Assembly (NCBI GenBank): GCA_965243205.1
Contig: CBDEUK010000001.1
Span: 288,001 to 352,000, forward strand
Direction of reading: 5' to 3'
Length of the DNA: 64,000 nt
Source of the DNA: Gammaproteobacteria bacterium
GTDB taxonomy: Bacteria; Pseudomonadota; Gammaproteobacteria; Eutrophobiales; Eutrophobiaceae
Numbering within the stretch: position 1 is the first letter of the stretch; each line of letters starts with the position of its first letter. Shown here piece after piece: positions 9,023 to 19,635 of this stretch. The notes under the pieces were generated by a model. The model was not told the origin of the DNA and searched no databases. It was given only the letters and a program-made list of their open reading frames with translations. The position numbers were made by a program, and so were the translations under genes.

Positions 9023-10195
9023 ATGGAAAACATACAAACGATCGCCAAACATGAGCAGCCACACCTAAACACTGAGGCATCTAGCTCGATCCCATATTTC
9101 ATTCCAGATTTACCAACCTCTGATGAGGTTTATGGGATCCTTAAAAGTATTGATAGCAATAAATGGTATTCAAACTTTGGGCCGTTGGAACAAAGCTTAC
9201 GTTTACCATTTATGCAGACTTTTTTTCAGTCTGATAATGAATTAGAAGTGACATTTACCAATACTGGAACCGCTGCAATCAATTTAGCGTTAAAAGCACT
9301 CGAATTACCACAAGCTTCTAAAGTATTAGTACCCTCACTATCATTTCCTGCCACGGCTATTGCCGTTATCAATGCCGGTCTCGAACCAATTTTTGCCGAT
9401 GTTGGTAATGAATTAGAATTATCTGTGAAACAAACTATGGAGATAGTTCAAAAACATAACATAAAAGCCGTTGTACCAGTTTTATTTCATAACCAATCAA
9501 AAGAATTAAAAAAATGGGATATTTTTGCTAAGGAAACCAATATTCCAGTAGTCATTGATTCTTGTGCTGCTTTAGATGTAATGCAGTTACCGACATATTG
9601 CACAATGACTTTTAGTTTACACGCAACTAAATTTTATGGGATTGGTGAAGGTGGTGCTGTCGTAAGCAAAAACACTGATCTTGTTGAGAAAGTACGTAAA
9701 TTTAGTAATTTTGGTTTTGACCACCATAAAATTATTGGGATTGGCGATAACGCCAAGTTAAGTGAATATCATGCAGCTGTCGCACATAGCCAACTATCAC
9801 GTGTGGTTATGATTCGATATCGTAAACAAGAATTGACTGAACATTATCAAAATGCATTTGAAAGATGTCCTCATAATATTCAAGTCATGTCTAGATTTAA
9901 TGAAATACCTTCATATCTATTAATCACTAGTTTAAATTGCAATGTAAAATCTTTACATCGATATTTATTAGATGAAGGCATAGAAAATCGGCGCTTTCAT
10001 TATCCTTTATTAATCGATCAACCTGCATTCAAACGGTTTGAATGCATATCGAGCCCAGAAACCATTAGTTTAATATCAAAGAATTTAATTTCTTTACCTT
10101 TCCATAATCATATTCAAAAGCAAGATATAGAAGAAATCGTAGATTGCATTATTGCATTTACTGAATTAAAAGAACTCAAAACAGCTCACAATTAA
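9023..10195 (+). CDS. DegT/DnrJ/EryC1/StrS NDP-sugar aminotransferase (VioA-like)
   Basis: YSNFGPL, NTGTAA, PSLSFPATA, IDSCAA, FSLHATK (PLP-Lys), GEGGA, NAKLSEYHAA. Confidence 0.92.
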   Translation: MENIQTIAKHEQPHLNTEASSSIPYFIPDLPTSDEVYGILKSIDSNKWYSNFGPLEQSLRLPFMQTFFQSDNELEVTFTNTGTAAINLALKALELPQASKVLVPSLSFPATAIAVINAGLEPIFADVGNELELSVKQTMEIVQKHNIKAVVPVLFHNQSKELKKWDIFAKETNIPVVIDSCAALDVMQLPTYCTMTFSLHATKFYGIGEGGAVVSKNTDLVEKVRKFSNFGFDHHKIIGIGDNAKLSEYHAAVAHSQLSRVVMIRYRKQELTEHYQNAFERCPHNIQVMSRFNEIPSYLLITSLNCNVKSLHRYLLDEGIENRRFHYPLLIDQPAFKRFECISSPETISLISKNLISLPFHNHIQKQDIEEIVDCIIAFTELKELKTAHN

Positions 10196-10199
10196 TCTT

Positions 10200-12116
10200 A
10201 TGTCTAATTTACAAGTAGAAAAAGCAAATCCGAACTCTTTACTTGAGTTTGAACAAGCCTTAGAAAGAAATGATTTTGCTAGCGCAGAAAAATCATTAAT
10301 GGAAATATTATTACATTTAAATGTTCATAGAGCTTTCTCAAAAACATCTAAAGATGGATTTAATATTCTACCATTTACACCAGATGATAGTGATGAAACA
10401 AATTTAAAGCATTATCAACTAGTCGTCGATCGCATCATATTATTATTCATAAATCCAGACTATGAAATGAGTGAATTTGGCTTTCAAGTATTCAATATAT
10501 TTAAATCGCAATTAATGTGGCTTTTTATTGCTGCGGGTAGAGATAATTTAGATATTATTTTATATGAGAAAAATATTGCCCATCCAGATAATACTGAGAT
10601 GAATTTAAGTTCTGAACAAGATTTAAAATTATTGCTGACATGTTTTACAATTGAATCGGATTTATCACTAGATTTTTCGTTGCTTTACCAAAACTTCCCT
10701 GATCGGACAGGATATTGTTACGTCGGTTGTTTCTATTATTCTAACATTGTGCTTTCTGAGAGGAGTGAGTCAACACTTAGAGATTTAATAGCATATAGTT
10801 ATATATTTGAAAAATTACCTATGAATAATGATTTAATGGTTCTCTGTTCAAATATATGGATGACTTGCACCTATATTAACTGCAATGAAAAACATAATAT
10901 TAAACAGGCTATAAATAAATATTACCAACGGTATTTAACTGAAACATTATCAAAAACCACAAAACACAGAATTAAAAAATATTTATTAAAATACAAAAAA
11001 AATACTAAAGAAAAAAAGAAATTGGTTATATGTTCAGAAGTTTTATCTGAAGGCCATGCTATGACACGATGCTATATAGAACCGATGATCTATCTATCTA
11101 GATATTTCGATACAGTTTTAATAGGTTCTTCAGGTTTGATCGATAAAAACTATAAAGAACATTTTTCAAAAATCATAGAAGTAGATGATAAAATCTTTGG
11201 TCATCATGACTCTATTGTAAATAGTATACTCAATGAAGAACCAGATATAATTTGGTATCCTAGTTTAGGCATGGCTTGTTGGACATTACCTTTATGCAAC
11301 TTAAGGTTAGCTCCTGTACAAGTTATGTCTTTAGGCCATCCAGCTTCTTCTATGTCAAAATCAATAGATTATTGTATCAGTGACAAAGAAGTAGCTAAGT
11401 TTATGACTGAATCAATAGAAAGTAACTATACTATTGATATTCAAAATGTTTATACACCACGTCATTATGAATTAATAAATATAAAAGACGAAATAAAAGC
11501 CGACGAAATTCACATAGCCATTAACTCAAAAGATTTTAAAGTACGTTCTGTTTTTATAGACTTATGTCAACAATTAAACAATGCTAGTTCAAAAAAATGT
11601 ATTTTTCATTTTTTTCCAAACGCTCATGGTTTAATGAGAGATGCATTCAAAGAAAATTTAAATGGTAAATTAGATCATTATGAAATTCATAAAGTAAACG
11701 ACTACCAAACATATATGAATGAATTAGCTAAATGCGATATGACATTAAGCACGTTCCCATTTGGTGGTTCTAACAGTAATGTAGATGCTTTTCTATTAGG
11801 TTTACCACGAGTAATTTTGATAGGTGAAGGTCCAGAAGCAAGTGCTGATTTAACCCAAGCGACAGTTGTAAACTTACCAAATTGGCTAATCACGGAATCC
11901 GTTGAACAATACTTTCTTTCTGCATTAGCATTAATCGAAAATGACGAGTTACGCAAAGAAGTTTCAGAAACAATAATTGCGACAAATCCTAAAGCAATTC
12001 TTTTCAATGAAGACGCTGCTTGTGATGATAAAGCCTATCCAGATGCTTTTTACGATATGTATGAATCAAACCGCTACGACCCTAAAAAGAAATACAATCG
12101 AGCAATCTGTTATTAA
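10200..12116 (+). CDS. HMW1C/NGT-like GT41 protein glycosyltransferase
   Basis: 638 aa with no TPRs. Segments EFEQAL..., KHNIKQAIN, GHAMTR, PSLGM...RLAPVQVMSLGHPASS, DFKV and FPFGGSNSNVD are collinear with HMW1C/ApNGT as recalled. Confidence 0.82.
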   Translation: MSNLQVEKANPNSLLEFEQALERNDFASAEKSLMEILLHLNVHRAFSKTSKDGFNILPFTPDDSDETNLKHYQLVVDRIILLFINPDYEMSEFGFQVFNIFKSQLMWLFIAAGRDNLDIILYEKNIAHPDNTEMNLSSEQDLKLLLTCFTIESDLSLDFSLLYQNFPDRTGYCYVGCFYYSNIVLSERSESTLRDLIAYSYIFEKLPMNNDLMVLCSNIWMTCTYINCNEKHNIKQAINKYYQRYLTETLSKTTKHRIKKYLLKYKKNTKEKKKLVICSEVLSEGHAMTRCYIEPMIYLSRYFDTVLIGSSGLIDKNYKEHFSKIIEVDDKIFGHHDSIVNSILNEEPDIIWYPSLGMACWTLPLCNLRLAPVQVMSLGHPASSMSKSIDYCISDKEVAKFMTESIESNYTIDIQNVYTPRHYELINIKDEIKADEIHIAINSKDFKVRSVFIDLCQQLNNASSKKCIFHFFPNAHGLMRDAFKENLNGKLDHYEIHKVNDYQTYMNELAKCDMTLSTFPFGGSNSNVDAFLLGLPRVILIGEGPEASADLTQATVVNLPNWLITESVEQYFLSALALIENDELRKEVSETIIATNPKAILFNEDAACDDKAYPDAFYDMYESNRYDPKKKYNRAICY

Positions 12117-12127
12117 TCGTCTTATAT

Positions 12128-13348
12128 CTATATCTGATTAAATAAAGATAAACCTTGTACTCTAGTATATGTGGCTTGAGCTGCCTGTAGAGTTGCTAAT
12201 CTTGATGTTAATTCTGAAATAGCTTCAAATACATTCAAATCTTCAATTCTTGAACGTGTAACTTCCATATCAGCAATAAACTCTACATTAGTGTCTATTT
12301 GATCATCAATCGTTTTTAACCGAGCACCAATATCAGTTCTCATACGTAAGATATTTTCAAACGCTTGATCAATATCTTGGATTGAACGTGCAACTTGGTT
12401 ATTACGTTGTACATCATCAGCGGCAAGTGCAGTTGCTAAATTCTCCAAGGTAGTAAATATATCTTGTCTTTGACTAGGGCTTACTGTGAATGTGTCTCCT
12501 GCAACTGGTAATTCAGAAATACTTGTTTCAATACCATTAAAATTAATGGCTGTGCCACTCACGTAATCAGGAGCATCATTTGTTGCATTTTGAGGTAACG
12601 CTGGAATAATTTGACCCGATGTTGCTCCAATCACATTATATGCTAAGTTACCAGAACTGTTTGTAACGAATGTTATAGTATAAGTATCCTCAACATAGGC
12701 TGATGAATCGGTAACTTGTCCAACTGAGATAACGCCTGTTCCAGCATTGGTGGTTGTATCTGCAACTTGAAATGTTCCATTACCATTAAAAATATTTCCA
12801 AATACTTCTAAACCATGATGACTATCAGCCATTGTACGACCGCTAGAGATTTGTAGTTCGCGATTACCTTGGTCACCGTTATAGCTATACGTACCATTCG
12901 CATTTCTAATAAAAGGTTGCGTTAAACTTTGATAACCTGAAAACAAATACTCTCGATTACTATCTCGAGTATTCGCTAAACCTAATACTTCATCTAATCG
13001 TTCACGTACTTCTGTGATAATAGATTGTCTGTCAGCACTAGATACCGTTGAATTACTACCCTGAACAGCCAACTCTTTTGCTCTAATTAAACTGTTCTCA
13101 ATGGTTTCTAAAGCTGTCTCTTCTAAAGATAAGCGGTTCTTTATAATATCTGAATTACGTTGATATTGGTTATTAACACTAATTTCTTCATTGATACGTA
13201 ATAACTGCGCAGCACCAGATGGATCATCCACAGAAGAAACTAATCGTTTACCAGACGAAATCTGTTGTTGTAAATTCCCAATTTGCGTTTGTTGTTCAAG
13301 CATCCTGCTTATACCTATTTGATTAAGGTAAGAAGTTGATAATCTCAT
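12128..13348 (-). CDS. flgL: Flagellar hook-associated protein 3
   Basis: MRLST N-terminus, QISSGKR...DDPSGA, C-terminal LSLFNQI; last gene of the flg operon. Confidence 0.95.
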   Translation of the reverse strand: MRLSTSYLNQIGISRMLEQQTQIGNLQQQISSGKRLVSSVDDPSGAAQLLRINEEISVNNQYQRNSDIIKNRLSLEETALETIENSLIRAKELAVQGSNSTVSSADRQSIITEVRERLDEVLGLANTRDSNREYLFSGYQSLTQPFIRNANGTYSYNGDQGNRELQISSGRTMADSHHGLEVFGNIFNGNGTFQVADTTTNAGTGVISVGQVTDSSAYVEDTYTITFVTNSSGNLAYNVIGATSGQIIPALPQNATNDAPDYVSGTAINFNGIETSISELPVAGDTFTVSPSQRQDIFTTLENLATALAADDVQRNNQVARSIQDIDQAFENILRMRTDIGARLKTIDDQIDTNVEFIADMEVTRSRIEDLNVFEAISELTSRLATLQAAQATYTRVQGLSLFNQI

Positions 13349-13359
13349 AATCTATACCT

Positions 13360-15288
13360 CTACACTGCATCAATAAGTGATTGAAATAATTGATCGGCTG
13401 TGGAAATTAATCTAGCCGATGCTTGATAAATTTGTTGTAACTCCAATAGACTTGCAGCTTCTTCGTCTAAATTAACACCTGAATAACTTTCACGCGCTTG
13501 TGTTGCTTGGTCAAGTAAAGTAGACAATGCTCTATTGCTGACTTCAGTCTGTCGAGTTGCAGAACCAATCTCAACGACTAATTGCCCAAAAGCATCTTGA
13601 TAGCTAGCAGTACTGCCTAACATCGTATTACTATCTTGTAGTTGCGCTAACAATATCGCATTACGATTATCACCTTCACCACTCGTATTGTTTGAAATTA
13701 CAAATTGATCACCATCATCAGGAATACCTGAAATAGTAAATGTTGCGTTACCCGCAGCAGCAATAGTAAATGATTTACCATTATTCTCAGTTACTGCGTT
13801 GTAAGCCAAAGTACCACCAGGAGGTGCTGAGATAGTAAATTGATTAGTCGCTGCAACATAGGTTAACGTAATGCTAGAAGCTAATGGAATCCCTGTAACC
13901 GATGAAATGTCGGCTTGGGTAATACTACCCGTACCTGTATTCGTTGCTAGTCCGTTTGCATCCGTTGCTTCTTGAGCAGTTAACGCACCTGAAGCCGCTA
14001 TTTTTCTTGGATCAGAAATATTTGTACTAATACCACTTGAACCATTTACTGTTGGTCGAATCAAGTACTGCTCACCAACGGTTGGAGAAGCAATAAGGGT
14101 TAAATTAAAACCATCGATTGTAGCTGTCGTAAATGGTGATGCACCACCAGTGTTAATAGCAGTTGTTGTATTATCAGATAATCGAATGAGGCTATAGTTA
14201 TTCGCACCATTATAAGTTAATTGATAATCACTATCTGTTAATTGGTTAGGGTCTGTGATAGTTGAGCTGACATTAGCTACGGAACTACCAAATGCTATTA
14301 CCTCAGGAGAAGCGACATTAAAAAAAGTATTATTCACTTCACCATCTAAATTAACACCTAATATATGTTGATCATTAAAACTATCTGCTAAATTAATAGC
14401 CAATCGACCTAAAGAATTCACTGTTGGTTCTAACATCTGATTCTGAAAATCGAGTAAACCGCCTAGTTTTCCTGATGTAATGTTTTGTGTAACAACACTC
14501 GAACCAAATGAATTAACAATACTGATATCGAAGTGTCCCTCATATGTTTCCGATACTCGTAATGTACTTGGATCGTTATTTAAAACTAAAGCTTGGCCAC
14601 TACCTGTAAATACATTGACCGAACCGTCAGCTTGTTCTATAGAATTAATTGCAACAAACTCAGACAACTGACGAAGTAATTCATCACGTTGATCCAATAA
14701 ATCATTAGGTGGTTGATCTTCCAAACTTCCTAATGAATTTACAATACGTGTATTAATATCGGCAATTGAACTTGTTATCGCATTGACTTCACTAATTGAA
14801 TCACTTAATTGGTTTCTTACGTCATCACTAATATTATCAAGTCGATCTTGTAAAAACTGGAAACGTGCAACGAGTGACTCAGCCTCACTAACCATAACTT
14901 GACGATTGTTAATCGATGAAGGCAAATCTGCAACATCTTGCACAGAATTAAAAAAACTGGTTATGTTTTCACTAAGGCCTGTATTTTCATTCGTTAATAA
15001 TGTATCGATTCTTTGTGAAAGATTAAGATATGTTTCATTAGCATTTGAATTTGATGTGCTCACTCTAAGCTGTTCGGTAATAAATTCACTGTGAACTCTA
15101 TTGACCGCATCAAGCTGAACACCTTTGCCAAAATATCCGGCACCGGTAAATTGTGCATCTCGAGCTGATAGCTCTACACGTTGACGTGAATAACCTGGAG
15201 TGTTTACATTTGCAATATTATGACTGACAGTTTGCAGTGATCTCTGTGCCGTCAATAAACTAGAAACTGATGTATTTAAAAATCCCAT
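13360..15288 (-). CDS. flgK: Flagellar hook-associated protein 1
   Basis: HNIANVNTPGYSRQ, NDLLDQRD, SGVNLDEEAA. Confidence 0.97.
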   Translation of the reverse strand: MGFLNTSVSSLLTAQRSLQTVSHNIANVNTPGYSRQRVELSARDAQFTGAGYFGKGVQLDAVNRVHSEFITEQLRVSTSNSNANETYLNLSQRIDTLLTNENTGLSENITSFFNSVQDVADLPSSINNRQVMVSEAESLVARFQFLQDRLDNISDDVRNQLSDSISEVNAITSSIADINTRIVNSLGSLEDQPPNDLLDQRDELLRQLSEFVAINSIEQADGSVNVFTGSGQALVLNNDPSTLRVSETYEGHFDISIVNSFGSSVVTQNITSGKLGGLLDFQNQMLEPTVNSLGRLAINLADSFNDQHILGVNLDGEVNNTFFNVASPEVIAFGSSVANVSSTITDPNQLTDSDYQLTYNGANNYSLIRLSDNTTTAINTGGASPFTTATIDGFNLTLIASPTVGEQYLIRPTVNGSSGISTNISDPRKIAASGALTAQEATDANGLATNTGTGSITQADISSVTGIPLASSITLTYVAATNQFTISAPPGGTLAYNAVTENNGKSFTIAAAGNATFTISGIPDDGDQFVISNNTSGEGDNRNAILLAQLQDSNTMLGSTASYQDAFGQLVVEIGSATRQTEVSNRALSTLLDQATQARESYSGVNLDEEAASLLELQQIYQASARLISTADQLFQSLIDAV

Positions 15289-15314
15289 AGTAAATTACCT
15301 CTATATATAATCCT

Positions 15315-16178
15315 TCACCCCGTTTTAAACTCATTTCTATTTAATATACTACTTATTTTTTCAGCGTATTTTGGATCCGTTGCATAACCTGCATTTTGTA
15401 ATTCTTGTAAATATTGCTGAGGATTATCCGTATGATCTAATGCCTTTTGATAGCGAGCGTTTTCTTTTATAAACGATACATAATCAGAAAAACTTTGTTC
15501 AAATGATGAATATGATCTGAAATCTGCTTTTTCGTAATAGAACTCACCATCTTTATGTTCTAATGTATTCACTCTGGCACTATTTCCTTGCCAGGATGAA
15601 TTGGCTTTAATACCAAATAAATTATGCGAACTAGTGTTTGATGATTGAATGATTTTCTTACCCCAGCCTGTTTCTAATGCTGCTTGAGCAATCAAGACTT
15701 CTGGTTTTACTCCAAGTTCTTTAGCGTATTTTTCTGCTAAAGGTCTTAATTCATCAATAAACTCTTTTGGACTATCAAATTTAATCGGTTTTTGTCCATT
15801 AGAATTATCTACTTTCTCAGGAAAATAAACGGGAGCAGATAATGCTTTCATACTTGAATTATTTTCTTCGGAAGACTTTTCACCGCCTAACTGGCGTATT
15901 AATAAATCGGCAATACCAACACTGCGTTTTTCAGCGAGATGGATAGAAATTTGTTTATCATACATATCTTGATAAAACTGCATTTGATTTGAATTAAACA
16001 TTCCATCAGATTGATTCGCATCACGCATGGTTTTTAACATCATCTGAACAAACAATGATTCAAACTGAGTAGCAACGGCATCGACTGCTTCTGGTGAATT
16101 ATTTTTAGCCGCAATTTTTAAATTACTAAGTCCAGATAATTCTGAAAATATTTTTGCTTGACTGAAGTCTGCTGTCAT
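15315..16178 (-). CDS. flgJ: Rod assembly protein / muramidase
   Basis: QFESLFVQMMLKTMR rod-binding domain; AQAALETGWG, NLFGIKA, GYATDPKY. Confidence 0.96.
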   Translation of the reverse strand: MTADFSQAKIFSELSGLSNLKIAAKNNSPEAVDAVATQFESLFVQMMLKTMRDANQSDGMFNSNQMQFYQDMYDKQISIHLAEKRSVGIADLLIRQLGGEKSSEENNSSMKALSAPVYFPEKVDNSNGQKPIKFDSPKEFIDELRPLAEKYAKELGVKPEVLIAQAALETGWGKKIIQSSNTSSHNLFGIKANSSWQGNSARVNTLEHKDGEFYYEKADFRSYSSFEQSFSDYVSFIKENARYQKALDHTDNPQQYLQELQNAGYATDPKYAEKISSILNRNEFKTG

Positions 16179-16190
16179 AACAAATACTCT

Positions 16191-17303
16191 CTAAATCACC
16201 ACAAGCTCAGCTTTTAAAGCACCGGCTTGTTTCAACGCTTCAAGTATTGCAACCAAATCGCCTGGTGCAGCACCAACTTGATTCACTGCTCTTACTAAGT
16301 CATCCAAAGAAACGCCAGGGTTAAATAAAAACATCCTTGAATCTTCTTGCTCAACAGTTATGTCTTGATTTGGAACCACTTGTGTTGTGCCATCGCTTAA
16401 CGGGTTAGGCTGACTGACTAATGGGTTATTACTAATGGTAACGACTAGTGAACCATGAGATACGGCAGCTTCAGTAACGGTTACATGTTTACCAATAACA
16501 ACCGTTCCAGTTCTTGAATTTACTATGACTCTAGCTGGTCCATCATCAGGTGACATTTCAATATTTTCCACCATGGAAACAAAAGCAACACGTTGAGAAC
16601 TATCAATAGGCGCACGGACTTTCACTGAAATTCCATCCAATGCTACTGCAGTATCTTGTCCTAATGTCTTATTAATTGCCTCGACCATTCGATTAGCCGA
16701 AGTAAAATCAGGACGATGTAGATTTAGAACAATATGATTGCCTTTACCAAAAGCATTTGGAACTGTTCTTTCAACCGTTGCACCATTAGGAACTCGACCT
16801 GCACTTGGAATATTTACCGAGATACTTGAGCCATCATCACTTGATACACCAAAACCACCTACGACTAAATTACCTTGGGCAACGGCATAAACATTTCCAT
16901 CAATACCTTTTAACGGTGTCATTAATAGACTTCCGCCACGTAAACTTTTTGCGTTACCAATTGAAGATACTGTGACATCAATTGGCTGACCAGGTTTAGC
17001 AAACGGTGGAAGGGTTGCATTCACAATCACTGCTGCAATGTTACTTAATTGAGGATTAGTACCAGGAGGTAATGTTATGCCTAATTGACGCAACATATTA
17101 TCCAAACTTTGTATGGTAAAAGGAGTTTGTGTCGTTTGGTCACCAGTGCCATCAAGCCCTACTACTATACCGTAGCCAATAAGCTGGTTATTTCTTACTC
17201 CAGCAACGTTCGCTAAATCTTTTATACGATCAGCATGACTATTAAACGATGTTAAACATAGAATAATGAATGAGCTTACAAATGTTAAATAATTAAACTT
17301 CAT
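16191..17303 (-). CDS. flgI: Flagellar P-ring protein
   Basis: [32 protein letters not shown]. Confidence 0.97.
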   Translation of the reverse strand: MKFNYLTFVSSFIILCLTSFNSHADRIKDLANVAGVRNNQLIGYGIVVGLDGTGDQTTQTPFTIQSLDNMLRQLGITLPPGTNPQLSNIAAVIVNATLPPFAKPGQPIDVTVSSIGNAKSLRGGSLLMTPLKGIDGNVYAVAQGNLVVGGFGVSSDDGSSISVNIPSAGRVPNGATVERTVPNAFGKGNHIVLNLHRPDFTSANRMVEAINKTLGQDTAVALDGISVKVRAPIDSSQRVAFVSMVENIEMSPDDGPARVIVNSRTGTVVIGKHVTVTEAAVSHGSLVVTISNNPLVSQPNPLSDGTTQVVPNQDITVEQEDSRMFLFNPGVSLDDLVRAVNQVGAAPGDLVAILEALKQAGALKAELVVI

Positions 17304-17312
17304 ATATTTTCT

Positions 17313-18038
17313 CTAGAACGGCATTACTGCACTGATAAAGAATTTAGCCAACCACCCCATTACATTAGCGGAGTTAGTTGCGCCTTCGCCTGTATACATA
17401 ATCGTTGCATCAGCAATTTGTGTAGAACGTACGGTATTATCTGCGAGGACATCAGTTGGTCTTACTACACCAGAGATTCTTATATATTCATTACCTTGGT
17501 TTAACGTCACACGTTTTTCACCACGGACATAAAGATTCCCATTTGGGAAAACCTCAACCACTGAAACTGTTATATTTCCTGTTAAATTATTATTCTGGCT
17601 ACTGGAACCAGAACCTTCAAATTCTGTAGAAGACTCTAAGCTTGTATTCAGCCCAAGATTATTGGTGTTATCTAATGGAATAAAACCAGGGATATCAATT
17701 TGAGGTGATGCACCTAATACTGTTGGATTTGTAACACTGGTTGAATTATCTTTTTCGATACTAGTAGAAGCATCCTTACTAGCAGCTGTATTTTCTTCTA
17801 ATACAACCGTAAGAATATCACCTACTCTTCGTGCTTTTACATCTTCGAATAAACGATAATCAAAACCAACTTGGTAAATGGCTCCATTGGCTTCAGGCTG
17901 TACCGGCGGCAAAGGTGGCCGCACAGCGGCAAATTCTGGATCTCGTTTAGGGGCTGTATTGCATGCAGCAAGGTGTAAAAGGATTAATAAAACTAATACA
18001 TCTTTAAAAAAAGCCTTATTAAATAGTATCTTCATCAT
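17313..18038 (-). CDS. flgH: Flagellar L-ring lipoprotein
   Basis: LAAC lipobox, ARRVGDILTV, ISGVVRPTD. Confidence 0.96.
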   Translation of the reverse strand: MMKILFNKAFFKDVLVLLILLHLAACNTAPKRDPEFAAVRPPLPPVQPEANGAIYQVGFDYRLFEDVKARRVGDILTVVLEENTAASKDASTSIEKDNSTSVTNPTVLGASPQIDIPGFIPLDNTNNLGLNTSLESSTEFEGSGSSSQNNNLTGNITVSVVEVFPNGNLYVRGEKRVTLNQGNEYIRISGVVRPTDVLADNTVRSTQIADATIMYTGEGATNSANVMGWLAKFFISAVMPF

Positions 18039-18053
18039 ATTTATTATTCATAT

Positions 18054-18839
18054 TTAAAGTGTGTTACTAGCGAACTGCAACATTTGATCCGTTGTTTCAA
18101 TTGCTTTCGCATTCATTTCATAAGCACGCTGGGTTTCAATCATATTCACTAATTCTTCAACCACATTCACATTAGAACCTTCTAGAGACCCCTGTATTAA
18201 CAAACCTAAACCAGTCAAACCTGGAGTTCCTGGTTGAGCAGTACCACTAGAAGCCGTTTCCTTAAATAAATTATCTCCAATCGCTTGTAACCCAGTTGGA
18301 TTAATAAAGTCAGCTAATTGAATCGTTCCGATTTGTGTCGGTGCCGTGCTACCTGTAACTAATGCACTGACCGTACCATCTTGCCCGATTGAAAGTGATT
18401 GTGTATCAGGTGGAACTGTAATAGCGGGTTGAAGAGGAAAACCATTCGCAGTGACAAGTTGGCCGTTAGAATCACGTTGAAATGCACCGTCTCTGGTATA
18501 AGCTGTTGCACCATCTGGCATTAAAATTTGAAAAAAACCATTACCAGAAACCGCAACATCTAATGGATTTTCCGTTTGTGAAATACTGCCTTGCGAATGT
18601 AATTTCTCAGTCGCAACAACCCGTACACCTGTACCCAACATTAAACCTGATGGTAATTGTGTATTTTGCGATGAAGAAGCACCAGGTTGTCGTACTGTTT
18701 GGTACATTAAATCATTGAACACCGCTCGATCTTTTTTGAAACCATTGGTATTAACGTTTGCCAAATTATTTGATATCACCGACAAACGAGTTTGTTGTGC
18801 ATCTAAACCGGTTTTAGCTACCCATAAAGACTGAGCCAT
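18054..18839 (-). CDS. flgG: Distal rod protein
   Basis: [41 protein letters not shown]. Confidence 0.97.
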   Translation of the reverse strand: MAQSLWVAKTGLDAQQTRLSVISNNLANVNTNGFKKDRAVFNDLMYQTVRQPGASSSQNTQLPSGLMLGTGVRVVATEKLHSQGSISQTENPLDVAVSGNGFFQILMPDGATAYTRDGAFQRDSNGQLVTANGFPLQPAITVPPDTQSLSIGQDGTVSALVTGSTAPTQIGTIQLADFINPTGLQAIGDNLFKETASSGTAQPGTPGLTGLGLLIQGSLEGSNVNVVEELVNMIETQRAYEMNAKAIETTDQMLQFASNTL

Positions 18840-18873
18840 AATATATCTCCGAACTAAATTTAATTATTATTCA

Positions 18874-19614
18874 TTAGGCAAGACTTAACATTCGTGTTGC
18901 CACTTCATCATTTTCTTGTGCTGTCGACATCGCTTTTAGATCCATTTCAAACTGCCTTGCCAGTTCAATCATCTTCACCATGCCTTCGATAATATTCACA
19001 TTACTGGTTTCTAATGATCCTGCAGTTACTCTTACAACAGCATCGGGTATTGCCGTGGTTTCATCTTTTAATCGAAATAAACCATCTTCGCCTTTTACTA
19101 ATTGATCAACAGGAGGATTAACTAAACGTAAACGACCAACTATCGCCAGAGTTCTTTCATCTTGACCAATAGGTCGGACTGAAATTGTTCCATCAACCGC
19201 AATTTCTATTTCTTGTGATGGAGGGATAGCAATGGGGCCAGCATCACCAAGTACTAATTGTCCGGCACCGTTTTCTAAAAGCCCTAAGGTATTAATACGA
19301 AAATCACCTCGACGTGTATAACCTTCACTACCATCAAATGATTGCACAGCAAACCAGCCTTCATCATTGATCGCAACATCCAAATCATTACCCGTATGCG
19401 TTATTGATCCAAAATCAAAATTTGCAGAAGGGCTTTCTTCCATGGCATACACTCTTGAAGGATAAACTTCACCAAATACAGGCATGCTACGAAACTGTGA
19501 TAAGTCTTCCCGAAAACCTGTAGTATTTGCGTTTGCTAAATTATGACTATTAACCGCTTGTGCGATTAACGTATTTTTAGCACCCGACATTGATAGGTAA
19601 AGCATTTTGTCCAT
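18874..19614 (-). CDS. flgF: Proximal rod protein
   Basis: MDKMLYLSMSGA, NLANANTTGF, LETSNVN. Confidence 0.96.
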   Translation of the reverse strand: MDKMLYLSMSGAKNTLIAQAVNSHNLANANTTGFREDLSQFRSMPVFGEVYPSRVYAMEESPSANFDFGSITHTGNDLDVAINDEGWFAVQSFDGSEGYTRRGDFRINTLGLLENGAGQLVLGDAGPIAIPPSQEIEIAVDGTISVRPIGQDERTLAIVGRLRLVNPPVDQLVKGEDGLFRLKDETTAIPDAVVRVTAGSLETSNVNIIEGMVKMIELARQFEMDLKAMSTAQENDEVATRMLSLA

Positions 19615-19635
19615 TGTACTAACTACCTTCTATTA

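Noticed and set aside
13360-15288. About 16 N-X-S/T sequons in FlgK as evidence that it is the NGT-like enzyme's substrate
   Set aside because: FlgK is very rich in Asn, Ser and Thr, so the count is roughly what composition predicts; no enrichment can be claimed by eye
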